Source of the DNA: Isosphaeraceae bacterium
GTDB taxonomy: Bacteria; Planctomycetota; Planctomycetia; Isosphaerales; Isosphaeraceae
Assembly: GCA_025356435.1 (NCBI GenBank)
Contig: JANXSY010000233.1
Location: forward strand, 7 to 64,006
Length of the DNA: 64,000 nt
Direction: 5' to 3'
The notes beneath the pieces were generated by a model. The model was not told the origin of the DNA, did not search any database, and saw nothing but the letters and a program-made list of their open reading frames with translations. This document shows, piece after piece, positions 45,700 through 55,192 of the stretch (the stretch's first letter is position 1; each line of letters begins with the position of its first letter). Position numbers and translations under genes: made by a program.

Positions 45700-46107
45700 A
45701 TGACGATCGGATTTCGCCGTGGCGCGTTCATCTCCCTCTCAATGGGACTGGTGATCGCCGCCAGTTCGTTCAGCTCCTTGGCACAAGACGCCGCCAAGAA
45801 GGCCCCTGAGAAATCCGCCGGAACTCCGGTCGTCAAGAAGAAGGGCGACCCTTCAAGGCGCGTGCCCGATCACTTCGGCCAGATCGGCCTTACCCAGGAA
45901 CAGCGGGAGTCGATCTACAAGGTTCGCAAGTTGCATCAGGAACAGATCGACGCCTTCAAGAAGCAGATCACCGAGGCCGAATCGAAGTCGTTGAATGAGT
46001 GCGAGGCCGTGCTGACCGAGACCCAGAAGAAGCTCCTCGAAAACCTTCGCACCGGCAGCCCGAAGGCCACCGCCAAGGCGACCGAGACATCCAAGTCCGC
46101 GAAGTAA
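45700..46107 (+). CDS. periplasmic Spy/CpxP-like protein (LTxxQ motifs)
   Basis: Signal peptide MTIGFRRGAFISLSMGLVIAASSFSSLAQD. GLTQEQRESIYKVRKLHQEQ and LTETQKKLLENL repeats. Confidence 0.65.
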   Translation: MTIGFRRGAFISLSMGLVIAASSFSSLAQDAAKKAPEKSAGTPVVKKKGDPSRRVPDHFGQIGLTQEQRESIYKVRKLHQEQIDAFKKQITEAESKSLNECEAVLTETQKKLLENLRTGSPKATAKATETSKSAK

Positions 46108-46296
46108 TCATCGAAATCGTCAGGGATGGGGACCGACCCGCTCCATCCCTGACGGCGATCTGGTCGCCCAGACTTCGAGACTCTCAACGCTGTCCCGAGA
46201 CCTTCTCCCACGACTTGCGGGCCTCCGGCTCGATGACCGACCACTTGGCTTGGTCGGCGTAGTCGAAGCCGGTATCGGCCCGGCGGACCTTGTCCT

Positions 46297-46923
46297 TCAC
46301 GGTCTTGTCGCTGTCTTCGTCTTGGCGACGGTCGCCTCTTCGTCCCGATCATCGGTCGACTTGCTGCCGCCCATCTCCGTACTCCTGTCGATGTCATACT
46401 GGAAGTCGGGATTCTTATCCCACTGGGTCTGGTGATATTTCGTATCCTTCATGCCATTCTCTTTGAGGATGCGATGGACCTCGTCCTCGCGATTCTTGGC
46501 CGTCTTGACGGTGATCAGGATGCCCCCCCGCTCGACGGCTGAGGAGTAGAATCCGGCCTCTTCCTCGGAGACGCCGTGATGGATCAAGGCCCCCGCCACG
46601 CCGCCCGCCGTCGCGCCGACGGCCATCCCCGTGAGGGCCGCCGCGATCGGGCCGGCCGCGAGGAAAGGGCCGATCCCCGGGATCGTGATCGCCCCGAGGC
46701 CCACCAGGAGCCCGGCCATCCCGCCGAGCACGCCGCCACCCAAGGCCCCGACCCCCACAGCCTCGCTGTTGTCGGCCCCCGTATCCTCGGCGACTTCCTC
46801 GGCGAGCGAGCGATCGCGCATCATGATGCTCATGTCTTCCGAATCCAGTCCCGTCGCCTTTAGCGCCTCGACCGCGCGTCTCGCCTGGTCGCGCGTCTCG
46901 AACAGTCCCACGACGTTCGTCAT
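46297..46923 (-). CDS. general stress protein (YflT/GsiB-neighbour type N-domain plus glycine-zipper membrane segment)
   Basis: ORF track 208 aa. MTNVVGLFETRDQARRAVEALKATGLDSEDMSIM, a Gly-zipper GVGALGGGVLGGMAGLLVGLGAITIPGIGPFLAAGPIAAALTGMAVGATAGGVAGAL, then EEEAGFYSSAVERGGILITV. Confidence 0.75.
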   Translation of the reverse strand: MTNVVGLFETRDQARRAVEALKATGLDSEDMSIMMRDRSLAEEVAEDTGADNSEAVGVGALGGGVLGGMAGLLVGLGAITIPGIGPFLAAGPIAAALTGMAVGATAGGVAGALIHHGVSEEEAGFYSSAVERGGILITVKTAKNREDEVHRILKENGMKDTKYHQTQWDKNPDFQYDIDRSTEMGGSKSTDDRDEEATVAKTKTATRP

Positions 46924-46987
46924 TCGAAGTCCTTTCGCTGTTGAGGATCTCGATCCGGCTGTATGTATCGGTCGGAGAGAGATCCGT

Positions 46988-47004
46988 TTGCAAACCGGAT
47001 ACCG
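46988..47004 (-). promoter_or_regulatory. candidate sigma-54 promoter (CGGTAT-CCGGT-TTGCA)
   Basis: The reverse complement is CGGTATCCGGTTTGCAA with the correct GG-N10-GC spacing, about 65 nt upstream of the stress protein start at 46923. The -24 half is weak. Confidence 0.35.
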
Positions 47005-47292
47005 TTGATGTCTTGATCGAAGGCGTCGCGGAATCCGCAGGAATCACGGCGGGGTCGGCCCGTCGCGCTTGACCTTGCCACGCTCGACCTTACGCGTGCC
47101 GACCGTGATTTCTTCGGCGACGACCGGGCGGCGGTGGCTTGGACCCGCAGGACTCGTGCCATTTTCGACGATCTTTCATCAAGGAGATTCTGAGAAGATT
47201 CGCGGAACGGCGGTCCAGGTCGTTGGCCTGTCGCTATCAAGCCGCTACTCTGGAGACCATCGGGAAAGAACTTGCGGGTGTGGAGCAGACTC

Positions 47293-49737
47293 ATGACGCA
47301 GCGATATTGGTTGACGGTCGGGATCGGTTGTCTTGCGGTCGTCCTCGTCGGCCGGCCGACTCTCGGCGACGAGCCCGTCAGGCCCGAAGCCACCTGGCCC
47401 GGCCTGACGCCATCGGGCTCGGTGCTGCTCCCGAACGGCTGGTCGCTGAAGCCGGCGGGGTCGCAGACCGTCCTCGGTGACTTTCCCGTCGCCACCGCCA
47501 CGCACCCAACCGAGCCGATCCTCGCGGTCCTCCATGCCGGCTACGGCACGCACGAGGTCGTCACGGTCGACGCAGGCACGGGCAAAGTCATCGCCCGCCT
47601 CACGCTCAAGGAGACCTTCGCCGGGCTGCTCTGGTCGAAGGACGGCAAGAGTCTGTATGTGGGCGGCGGGTTTGACGACGTGATCTATCGGTTCGACCAC
47701 GACAAGGGCCTGCTCTCGAACCGGACGGCGTTCGCCTATCCGAACAAGACCGAATCGGCCCGCGTCCCGGCCGGCCTGGCCCTATCCGGTGATGGTTCGC
47801 TCTGGGTCGCCAACGCGTTCGGACATACTCTGGCGAAGTTCGACACCGAGGGGAAAGTCCTCCTCGAAAAGTCGCTCGGCAAGGATTCCTATCCGTTCGG
47901 CCTCGCGCTCGACGAGGCGAGGGGGCGGCTCTATGTGAGCCTCTGGAATCGCGCTGAGGTCGCCGTGATCGACACGAAGACGGGCGAAGCCGTTGCCCTC
48001 TGGCCGACCCAGGAACATCCGAACGAGTTGCTGCTGACCCCCAGCGGCAAGCGTCTCTACGTCGCCAATGCCAACCGCAACACCGTCTCGGTCTTCGACG
48101 CCGAGGCAGGTAAGCCCCTGGAGACGATCGGCACCTCGATCGACCCGAAGGCCCCGGCCGGATCGATGCCCAGCTCGCTCGCTCTGACGGCCGACGAGAA
48201 GGTGTTGTTCGTCGCCAATGCCGCGACAAACGACCTGGCCGTTGTGAACGTCACCCAGCCCGGCGCAAGCACTCCGCTTGGCTTCATCCCCACCGGCTGG
48301 TATCCGACCACTGTGCGACTCTCGCTCAACGGCAAGACTCTCTTCGTGACCAACGCCAAGGGCACCGGCTCGAAGGCCAACCGAGACGGCCCGAACCCCT
48401 TGGTCCGCAACGAAGGCACCCGGGCCTATATCGCCGGGCTTTTCCAGGGCACGCTTGGCCGGATCAACCTCCCCGGCCCCTCGGAGATGGCGGCGTATAC
48501 GAAGACCGTCTACGAGTGCAACCCGCTTCAGTCGGCGAAACCCGAGGTCCGTCCCGAGGGACACCCGATCCCGGCGAAGCTCGGAGACCCCTCGCCGATC
48601 ACGCACTGTGTCTATGTCATCAAAGAGAACCGGACTTACGACCAGGTCTTCGGCGACATCCCGGAAGGCAATGGAGATAAGTCGATTTGCCTCTTTCCTG
48701 AGGTCGTGACGCCAAACCACCACGCCCTCGTCCGCGACTTCGTTCTGCTCGACAACTTCTACGTCGATGGCGAGGTCAGCGCTGATGGCCACGAGTGGAC
48801 GATGGGGGCGTTTGCGACCGACTACGTCGAGCGGACCTGGCCCCTCAGCTACCGAGGGAACCGCCGCGTTCCGTATCCCTCAGAAGGAGCCCTGGAGATC
48901 GCCCGGCCCGCCGGCGGCTACCTCTGGGATCGCGCCGCGGCAAAGGGGGTGAGCTATCGGAGCTACGGCGAGTTCATCGCCAACGGCGCGACCCCGGCCG
49001 ACCCCTCGACGACGAAGGTCGCCGCCTTGCAGGGACACTTCGACCCCCAATTTCGCAGCTATGACCTCAACTATCCCGATGTCAAGCGGGCCGAGCGGTT
49101 CCTGGAAGAGGTTGCCGGGTTCGAGAAAACAGGCGACATGCCCCGCCTGACGATCGTCCGCCTGCCGAACGACCACACCTCGGGCACCGCCCCCGGCCGG
49201 CCGACGCCGACGGCGATGGTGGCCGAGAACGACCTGGCGCTGGGCGTGCTGGTTGAAGGTCTCTCGAAGTCAAAATTCTGGCCCCACATGGCGATCTTCG
49301 TCGTCGAGGACGACGCCCAGAACGGTCCCGACCACGTCGACGCCCACCGCACGGTCGCGCTGGTTATCAGCCCTTACGTCAAACGCAAGTCGGTAGATTC
49401 GTCGATGTATTCGACATCATCGATGCTCAAGACGATGGAACTCTGCCTCGGCCTCGACCCGATGAGCCAGTTCGATGCCGCCGCCCGGCCGATGGCCAAC
49501 GCCTTCACCGTCAGGCCCGACTTCACCCCGTACGCCCATCGCCCCGCGAGCGTTGATCTGAAGGCCAAGAACCTCCGCACGGCCTGGGGAGCCGAGAAGT
49601 CTCTCAAGCTCGACCTCGACGAGGCCGAGGACCGCGCTGATGACCTCGTGTTCAACGAGATCATCTGGAAGTCGATCAAGGGTGCGAATTCGCCCTTACC
49701 TGCCCCGGTGAGGTCGGCGTTTCTGATCCCGAGGTGA
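47293..49737 (+). CDS. bifunctional beta-propeller (YncE/YVTN-like) / phosphoesterase (PLC-AcpA family) secreted protein
   Basis: Signal peptide after the ATG at 47293. Propeller repeats (LYVSLWNRAEVAVIDTKTGE, LYVANANRNTVSVFD, LFVANAATNDLAVVN). Phosphoesterase motifs HCVYVIKENRTYDQVFGD, DGHEWTMGA, NDHTSG and VVEDDAQNGPDHVDAHRT. Confidence 0.85.
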   Translation: MTQRYWLTVGIGCLAVVLVGRPTLGDEPVRPEATWPGLTPSGSVLLPNGWSLKPAGSQTVLGDFPVATATHPTEPILAVLHAGYGTHEVVTVDAGTGKVIARLTLKETFAGLLWSKDGKSLYVGGGFDDVIYRFDHDKGLLSNRTAFAYPNKTESARVPAGLALSGDGSLWVANAFGHTLAKFDTEGKVLLEKSLGKDSYPFGLALDEARGRLYVSLWNRAEVAVIDTKTGEAVALWPTQEHPNELLLTPSGKRLYVANANRNTVSVFDAEAGKPLETIGTSIDPKAPAGSMPSSLALTADEKVLFVANAATNDLAVVNVTQPGASTPLGFIPTGWYPTTVRLSLNGKTLFVTNAKGTGSKANRDGPNPLVRNEGTRAYIAGLFQGTLGRINLPGPSEMAAYTKTVYECNPLQSAKPEVRPEGHPIPAKLGDPSPITHCVYVIKENRTYDQVFGDIPEGNGDKSICLFPEVVTPNHHALVRDFVLLDNFYVDGEVSADGHEWTMGAFATDYVERTWPLSYRGNRRVPYPSEGALEIARPAGGYLWDRAAAKGVSYRSYGEFIANGATPADPSTTKVAALQGHFDPQFRSYDLNYPDVKRAERFLEEVAGFEKTGDMPRLTIVRLPNDHTSGTAPGRPTPTAMVAENDLALGVLVEGLSKSKFWPHMAIFVVEDDAQNGPDHVDAHRTVALVISPYVKRKSVDSSMYSTSSMLKTMELCLGLDPMSQFDAAARPMANAFTVRPDFTPYAHRPASVDLKAKNLRTAWGAEKSLKLDLDEAEDRADDLVFNEIIWKSIKGANSPLPAPVRSAFLIPR

Positions 49738-49771
49738 AGAACGGTTAACCCACTGTGTTCGGAATGATCTC

Positions 49772-52255
49772 ATGAACCGCAAAGTGCTCGTTGGTATCGC
49801 CGTCCTCGCCTTCGCGGTTGCGGGCATGGCGAGGTTGGCGACGATCTGGATGGGCAAGCAGCCCGACGGCTCTTATATGGTGTCGTCGGGCCAGCGGATC
49901 GAGGGCGGGTCGATCGGGTTCGACGGCCGCCCGATCGACCTGGCGCTGCACCCTTCGGGGCGGTTCTACGCGGTCCTTAACAAGGGGGACGTCTTCCTGG
50001 GCACAGCGACCGGGGTCATCAAGGGGTCGCAAGTGCCGCTCGGGGCGAATGCCGGGTTCCGGGGGCTGGCGTGGACTCCCGACGGCAACCGCCTCTTCGC
50101 CAGCACGGATAAGGGCTACCTGCTCTCGTTCGGCCTCGAAGGAGGGAAGCTCGGCGCCGGGACGAAAGTGGAGATCAAGTCGGGCCACAATGCCGACAAC
50201 CCCGTCCCCGGTGGGATCGCGATCACGCGAGACGGCAAGCGCCTCTTCGTGGCGGCGGCCAACCGCAATGCGGTGGTCGAGATGAATCTCGCGACGAATC
50301 AAAGGTTGCGCGAATATCCCGTCGAAAACCTCCCGTTCGAGCCCCGGCTTTCGGACGACGAGAAGACCCTGATCGTGAGCAACTGGGGCGGGCGCATCCC
50401 CCGGTTCGGCGACAAGACGGCCAAGAGCCAGCAGCTCAACATCGTGATCGACGATCGGGGGTCGCCTGCGTCCGGGACGGTCAGCCTGATCGACCTCAGG
50501 TCGGGGAAGACCCGGAACGTCGACGTCGGCATCCATCCGACCGCGATCGTCGTCAGGGGCGGCAAGGCTTACGTCGCGAACGCGATGAGTGACACGGTCT
50601 CCGAGATCGACGTCGCTTCAGCACGAGTCACTCGCACGTTCCAACTCCGCTGGGGTCCCGTTCGTGTCCTCGGCGGCATGCCGAACGCGCTTGCGATCGC
50701 GGGCGAGACTCTCTACGTGGCCGACGGCGGCGACAACGCCGTGGTCGAGGTCGACCTCCCGACGGGGCTGGTCCGGGGCTATCGGCCCGCCGGTTATTTC
50801 CCGACCGCGATCGCGCTGGCCCACGACGGCAAGGTGGCGTTCGTGCTCAACACCAAGGGCAACGGGTCGGTCGGGCGCACCTCGCTGGGGCTGTCGGGCA
50901 ACGCCCACGACTTTCAGGGGACGGTCACGGTCGTTGACCTCACGAAAGACCTTGGCGCGACGACCGCCATCGTCGCCCGCAACAATCGGTGGGAGGCCAA
51001 TCCGGGCCGACCGTCGGCGAAGGTTTACAACGGCGGGATCAAGCATGTCCTTTATATCATCAAAGAGAATCGAACGTATGACGAAGTGTTTGGTGACCTC
51101 CCGCAAGGCAACGGTGACCCCAAGCTCTGCTCGCTAGGCGAGAAGGTGATGCCCAACCACCGCAAGATTGCCCAGGAATTCACGCTGTTCGACAACGGCT
51201 ACGTCAGCGGGACCAACAGCGCCGACGGTCATAATTGGTCGACCCAGTGCCTGGCCAACGATTATCTCGAACACTTCTATGTCGGCTATTCTCGCACCTA
51301 TCCCGACGACGGCGACGACGCGATGGCGATCTCGAACGGCGGTGCCCTCTGGGACGCCGCCGCAAAGGGGGGGAAGTCGATCCGCGTCTACGGCGAGTTC
51401 TGCGACAACGAACTCGCCCGGATCACCCCCGCCCCCAAGGATTGGTTTGAGGTCTGGGAAGATCGGAAGGCCGGCACGCATAAATTTCAGTTCACTGCCG
51501 ACACCGCCCTCGCCGGGCTCAAGCCGTATATCAATCACGAGATCCACTACTGGCCGCTGCTCATGAGCGATCAGCAGCGAGCCGACATCTTCCTTCGCGA
51601 GTATGAGCAATTCAGCAAGCAAGATAAGGTTCCCGATTTGATGATCCTCAGCCTCCCTTGCGATCACGGCGAAGGCTTGAATCCCCAGTACCCTACCCCT
51701 CGCGCCATGATGGCGGACAACGACCTGGCACTCGGCCGGATCGTCGAGGCGGTTTCCAAGAGTCCGCAATGGAGCGAGACGTGCATCTTCGTCGTCGAAG
51801 ACGATGCGCAGTCTGGCCCCGACCACGTCGACGGCCATCGCACCGTCTTCATGGCGATCAGCCCGTACAACAAGCGGAAGTCGGTCGATTCCACATTCTA
51901 TACGCAGACGAATATGATCCGCTCGATCGAGATGATCCTCGGCCTTGATCCCATGAATAAGTTCGACTCCGTCGCCGATCCGATCGTTGCCCCGTTCGCC
52001 GATATCCCTGATCTCACCCCCTATCGTGCTGTGCCGAACAACGTCCCCCTCGATGAGCGGAACTTTGCCGGTATCAAACTCGGCGAACGAGACCGCTACT
52101 GGCTGGAGAAGTCGCTGGCGCTCGACTGGGGCCACATCGATGCGCCCGACCCTTACTGGCTCAATCGGATCAACTGGTACAGTCTTTTTAGAGACACTCG
52201 CCCCTATCCTGCGCGGCTGGGCGAGGAGCCTGGACGGGTCGACACCGAAGATTAA
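49772..52255 (+). CDS. second beta-propeller/phosphoesterase protein (tandem paralogue)
   Basis: ORF track 827 aa. Same architecture as the preceding gene: HVLYIIKENRTYDEVFGD, DGHNWSTQC, CDHGEG and VVEDDAQSGPDHVDGHRT. Confidence 0.85.
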   Translation: MNRKVLVGIAVLAFAVAGMARLATIWMGKQPDGSYMVSSGQRIEGGSIGFDGRPIDLALHPSGRFYAVLNKGDVFLGTATGVIKGSQVPLGANAGFRGLAWTPDGNRLFASTDKGYLLSFGLEGGKLGAGTKVEIKSGHNADNPVPGGIAITRDGKRLFVAAANRNAVVEMNLATNQRLREYPVENLPFEPRLSDDEKTLIVSNWGGRIPRFGDKTAKSQQLNIVIDDRGSPASGTVSLIDLRSGKTRNVDVGIHPTAIVVRGGKAYVANAMSDTVSEIDVASARVTRTFQLRWGPVRVLGGMPNALAIAGETLYVADGGDNAVVEVDLPTGLVRGYRPAGYFPTAIALAHDGKVAFVLNTKGNGSVGRTSLGLSGNAHDFQGTVTVVDLTKDLGATTAIVARNNRWEANPGRPSAKVYNGGIKHVLYIIKENRTYDEVFGDLPQGNGDPKLCSLGEKVMPNHRKIAQEFTLFDNGYVSGTNSADGHNWSTQCLANDYLEHFYVGYSRTYPDDGDDAMAISNGGALWDAAAKGGKSIRVYGEFCDNELARITPAPKDWFEVWEDRKAGTHKFQFTADTALAGLKPYINHEIHYWPLLMSDQQRADIFLREYEQFSKQDKVPDLMILSLPCDHGEGLNPQYPTPRAMMADNDLALGRIVEAVSKSPQWSETCIFVVEDDAQSGPDHVDGHRTVFMAISPYNKRKSVDSTFYTQTNMIRSIEMILGLDPMNKFDSVADPIVAPFADIPDLTPYRAVPNNVPLDERNFAGIKLGERDRYWLEKSLALDWGHIDAPDPYWLNRINWYSLFRDTRPYPARLGEEPGRVDTED

Positions 52256-52262
52256 CCCGGCG

Positions 52263-52727
52263 TCAGGCTCCTTCGACGGCCCCGCCGAAGAACGTCTCGG
52301 CCTCGGCGACGACGTCGTGGAGGACTCGCTCGGCCTCGTCGTCGGGAATCTGGAGGAGTTCGCGGGCGAGGTCGAGCTTGCGGTGCTCGGCCTCCGTCAC
52401 CACGCGGTCGGCGACGACCTTGCGAACCAGCAGCGCGAACTCGTCGCGGACCCAGGTTGCGAGCTGGTCTGACTTGATCCCCAAGGCGTGGGCGTCAGCC
52501 AGGTGGGTGGGCCACTCGCCCTGCGACGCGGGGAGATCGTCGAGGATGCGCTTGAGCTTCTTCCGCCAGTTCTTCAAGTCGTATTCGCCGCCGTGGAACG
52601 GCTCGGGCTCGGCGTGCAGGCCATGATCCTTCTCGTCGGTGTCGTTTAGGTTCCAGGCGGTGGCGAGCCGCTTGTCACGAGAGGCGTTGGCCCCGAGGGC
52701 GTGTCGGAGGCTATCAAAGAATCCCAT
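52263..52727 (-). CDS. hypothetical protein
   Basis: ORF track 154 aa. GC3-rich. MGFFDSLRHALG N-terminus and a helical acidic C-terminal half. I did not recognise a family with confidence. Confidence 0.5.
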   Translation of the reverse strand: MGFFDSLRHALGANASRDKRLATAWNLNDTDEKDHGLHAEPEPFHGGEYDLKNWRKKLKRILDDLPASQGEWPTHLADAHALGIKSDQLATWVRDEFALLVRKVVADRVVTEAEHRKLDLARELLQIPDDEAERVLHDVVAEAETFFGGAVEGA

Positions 52728-52751
52728 CGGCTGGTCCTTTCGTGGCGTCTC

Positions 52752-53648
52752 TCAGGGTTTCGGCTCGGGCGGGAAGGCGTCATACACCGCCTTGGCCACG
52801 TCGGCGCAGAGGCGGTTGCCTGCGTTATCGGTGACATATCGGCCGTCTTCGTGGCCGGTTGAGAGCACGCAAATCGCCACCGGCCCGCGCCCGGTCGTGA
52901 GGATGCCCGCGGCGGTCCGGGTGCCGTCGACGCTCCCGGTCTTGAACGCCAACTTGGTCCCACTCGGGAGGAATCGGGGGAATTTGTCTTTATCATCGCA
53001 AGCGAGCATGTGTTTGAGCATCTCTTCGCTCGCAGACTTGCTCACCAGCGTTTTGCGGTGCAACGCCTCGCAGAGCCGGAGCATGTCGAGGGCGGTCGTG
53101 CTCCCGAGGCCGAACTCTTTGCTCCGCTCGGGGAAGACTGAGGTGTCTCGGCGGAAGACCTTGGAATTCAGCTTGGTGTTGGGAAAGCCCATTGCCTCCA
53201 TCGCCTTCGCCGTCGAGAGGATGCCGATCGCGTCGACGACCAGGTTGGTCGCGGTGTTGTCGGAATAGACGATCATCAGGTGAACGGCGTCGCGGAGCGG
53301 GAAGGTCGCCCCGTCGGAGAAGTGGTAGGTAAGAATGCCCGACCCGGGAACCTTATCCTCCGGCTTGAGTCTGATCGTCTTCGCCAGGTCAATCTTACCC
53401 GCCTCGGCCTGTCGATAGGCCTCGATCATGACCGGGAACTTGATCAGGCTCGCCGTCGGCATCGGGTCGTTCTCATGCCAGAGGAACGTCTCGCCGGTGT
53501 CGAGATGCTTGACCGCGATCGCGACCTTCCCCTTGAATCCGTCGATCAACGGCCGGAGGCGTGCCTCCAGGGTGTCGGCGGCCTGGGAGGCGAAGGGGCT
53601 TGCCAGGATGGCCAGGATGACGCTAAGAGTGCGGATGCGTGAATTCAT
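52752..53648 (-). CDS. class A beta-lactamase-related serine hydrolase (secreted)
   Basis: ORF track 298 aa. Signal peptide. SxxK as ASLIKFPV, SDN as YSDNTATN, KTG as FKTGSV. Confidence 0.85.
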   Translation of the reverse strand: MNSRIRTLSVILAILASPFASQAADTLEARLRPLIDGFKGKVAIAVKHLDTGETFLWHENDPMPTASLIKFPVMIEAYRQAEAGKIDLAKTIRLKPEDKVPGSGILTYHFSDGATFPLRDAVHLMIVYSDNTATNLVVDAIGILSTAKAMEAMGFPNTKLNSKVFRRDTSVFPERSKEFGLGSTTALDMLRLCEALHRKTLVSKSASEEMLKHMLACDDKDKFPRFLPSGTKLAFKTGSVDGTRTAAGILTTGRGPVAICVLSTGHEDGRYVTDNAGNRLCADVAKAVYDAFPPEPKP

Positions 53649-53815
53649 GACGTGTCGGCTCGCGAGGACGGCACAGGTCGGATCGTCGCCATTCTCGCAG
53701 GTCGGTCGCGCTTCGCCAACGGCGTTGAGCCTTGACCCGGACGGCCGGCGCGGCGATGGTCAAGCGATGCCCGTCGGCCGGTCTCGGCGGGCGACTGACG
53801 ACGGAGAAGCCCGCC

Positions 53816-55102
53816 ATGCGTCTCGTTATCGTGCTGACGCTCCTTGTCGCGATCCCATCGAGCCGCGCGCAGGACAGGCCCCGGGCCGCCTGGTTCGCCG
53901 ATGCCAAGCTCGGCCTCTCGGTGAATTGGGGCCTCCATGCGCTCGTCGGCAAAGGCGAGTGGGTGATGGAGCGCGACAAGCTTCCGGTCGAGGAATATGA
54001 GAAGCTCACCGCGCGGTTCAGCCCGCGCCTGTTCAATGCCGACGATTGGGCGAAGGCGGCCAAGGGGGCGGGTGCGCGCTATCTGATCGTCACCGCCAAG
54101 GGGCACGACGGCTTCTGCCTCTTCGACTCGAAGCTGACAACGTACGACGTCGTCGACGCCACTCCCTTCGCTAGAGACCCCCTGAAACCTCTTGCCGAAG
54201 CCTGTCGCGCCCAGGGGATCAAGCTCATCCTCCGCTATTCCCTCCTCGACTGGCACCATCCCGACTCCTTCCCCCGGGGCAAGACTGGCAAGGCCACAGG
54301 CCGACCCGAATCGGGTGACTGGTCGAAATATGTCACTTACTATCGAGAACAAATTCGGGAGCTTTGCACGAACTATGGCGAGATCGGCGGCCTCTGGCTC
54401 GACGGTGTCTGGGACCGCCCCGACGCCCGCTGGGACCTCGCCGCGACTTATGAAATGATCCACAGGCTTCAGCCCCGCGCGATCGTTGCCAATAACCATC
54501 ACGGCCCCGTCGCGCCCGGAGAAGACGCGCGGATTCTCGACGAAGACCTCTCGGAGCGGCCGGGCTTGGGGGCCGATACGACCCTGCCCATCGAGACGAC
54601 AACGCCCCTCCAGCGGTCGCGCGGATTCGGCGGCCTCGACCGCGAGCTGAAGTCGACCGAGACCCTGATTCACGCCCTTCTCGATTCGGCGGGCCGGGGG
54701 ACAAATCTGTCGCTGGGCGTCGCCGTCAGGCCCGACGGGTCGATCGCCCCCGACGCGGTCGAACGGCTCCGCGACCTCGGGGCGTGGCTCGACAAGAATG
54801 GCTCTTATGTCTACGAGACGACCCGAGGCGTGATCGACCCCGCCCCCTGGGGCGTCTCGACCCGCAAGGGTGTCAGAACCTTCCTCCATGTGACGAATCC
54901 GGGCGTGCCTGTCGTCGTGCCTAAACGTGTCGAAGCGTCTGACTTCACCACCCTCTCGGGAGACAAGCTGGCGACCCATCCAACGCCCATTGGCCTGCGT
55001 CTCGACATCCCTGAGACCGCGCGGACGCCGATCGACACCATCCTCCTGATGCGGCCGCTCCTCTTCATCCCAGACGTGCCTGCACGCAAGACCGATCGTT
55101 GA
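53816..55102 (+). CDS. alpha-L-fucosidase (GH29)
   Basis: Signal peptide from the ATG at 53816. AWFADAKLGLSVNWGLHAL...ARYLIVTAKGHDGFCLFDSKLTTYDVV...LDWHHPD. Confidence 0.85.
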   Translation: MRLVIVLTLLVAIPSSRAQDRPRAAWFADAKLGLSVNWGLHALVGKGEWVMERDKLPVEEYEKLTARFSPRLFNADDWAKAAKGAGARYLIVTAKGHDGFCLFDSKLTTYDVVDATPFARDPLKPLAEACRAQGIKLILRYSLLDWHHPDSFPRGKTGKATGRPESGDWSKYVTYYREQIRELCTNYGEIGGLWLDGVWDRPDARWDLAATYEMIHRLQPRAIVANNHHGPVAPGEDARILDEDLSERPGLGADTTLPIETTTPLQRSRGFGGLDRELKSTETLIHALLDSAGRGTNLSLGVAVRPDGSIAPDAVERLRDLGAWLDKNGSYVYETTRGVIDPAPWGVSTRKGVRTFLHVTNPGVPVVVPKRVEASDFTTLSGDKLATHPTPIGLRLDIPETARTPIDTILLMRPLLFIPDVPARKTDR

Positions 55103-55192
55103 CACGGGCTCGCCGCAAACCTCGGGGCTGAATACGATGTCGGTTACATTGTGAAAAGGATCACGAAGAGGCATTCGCGAGGTCCGCCGATC

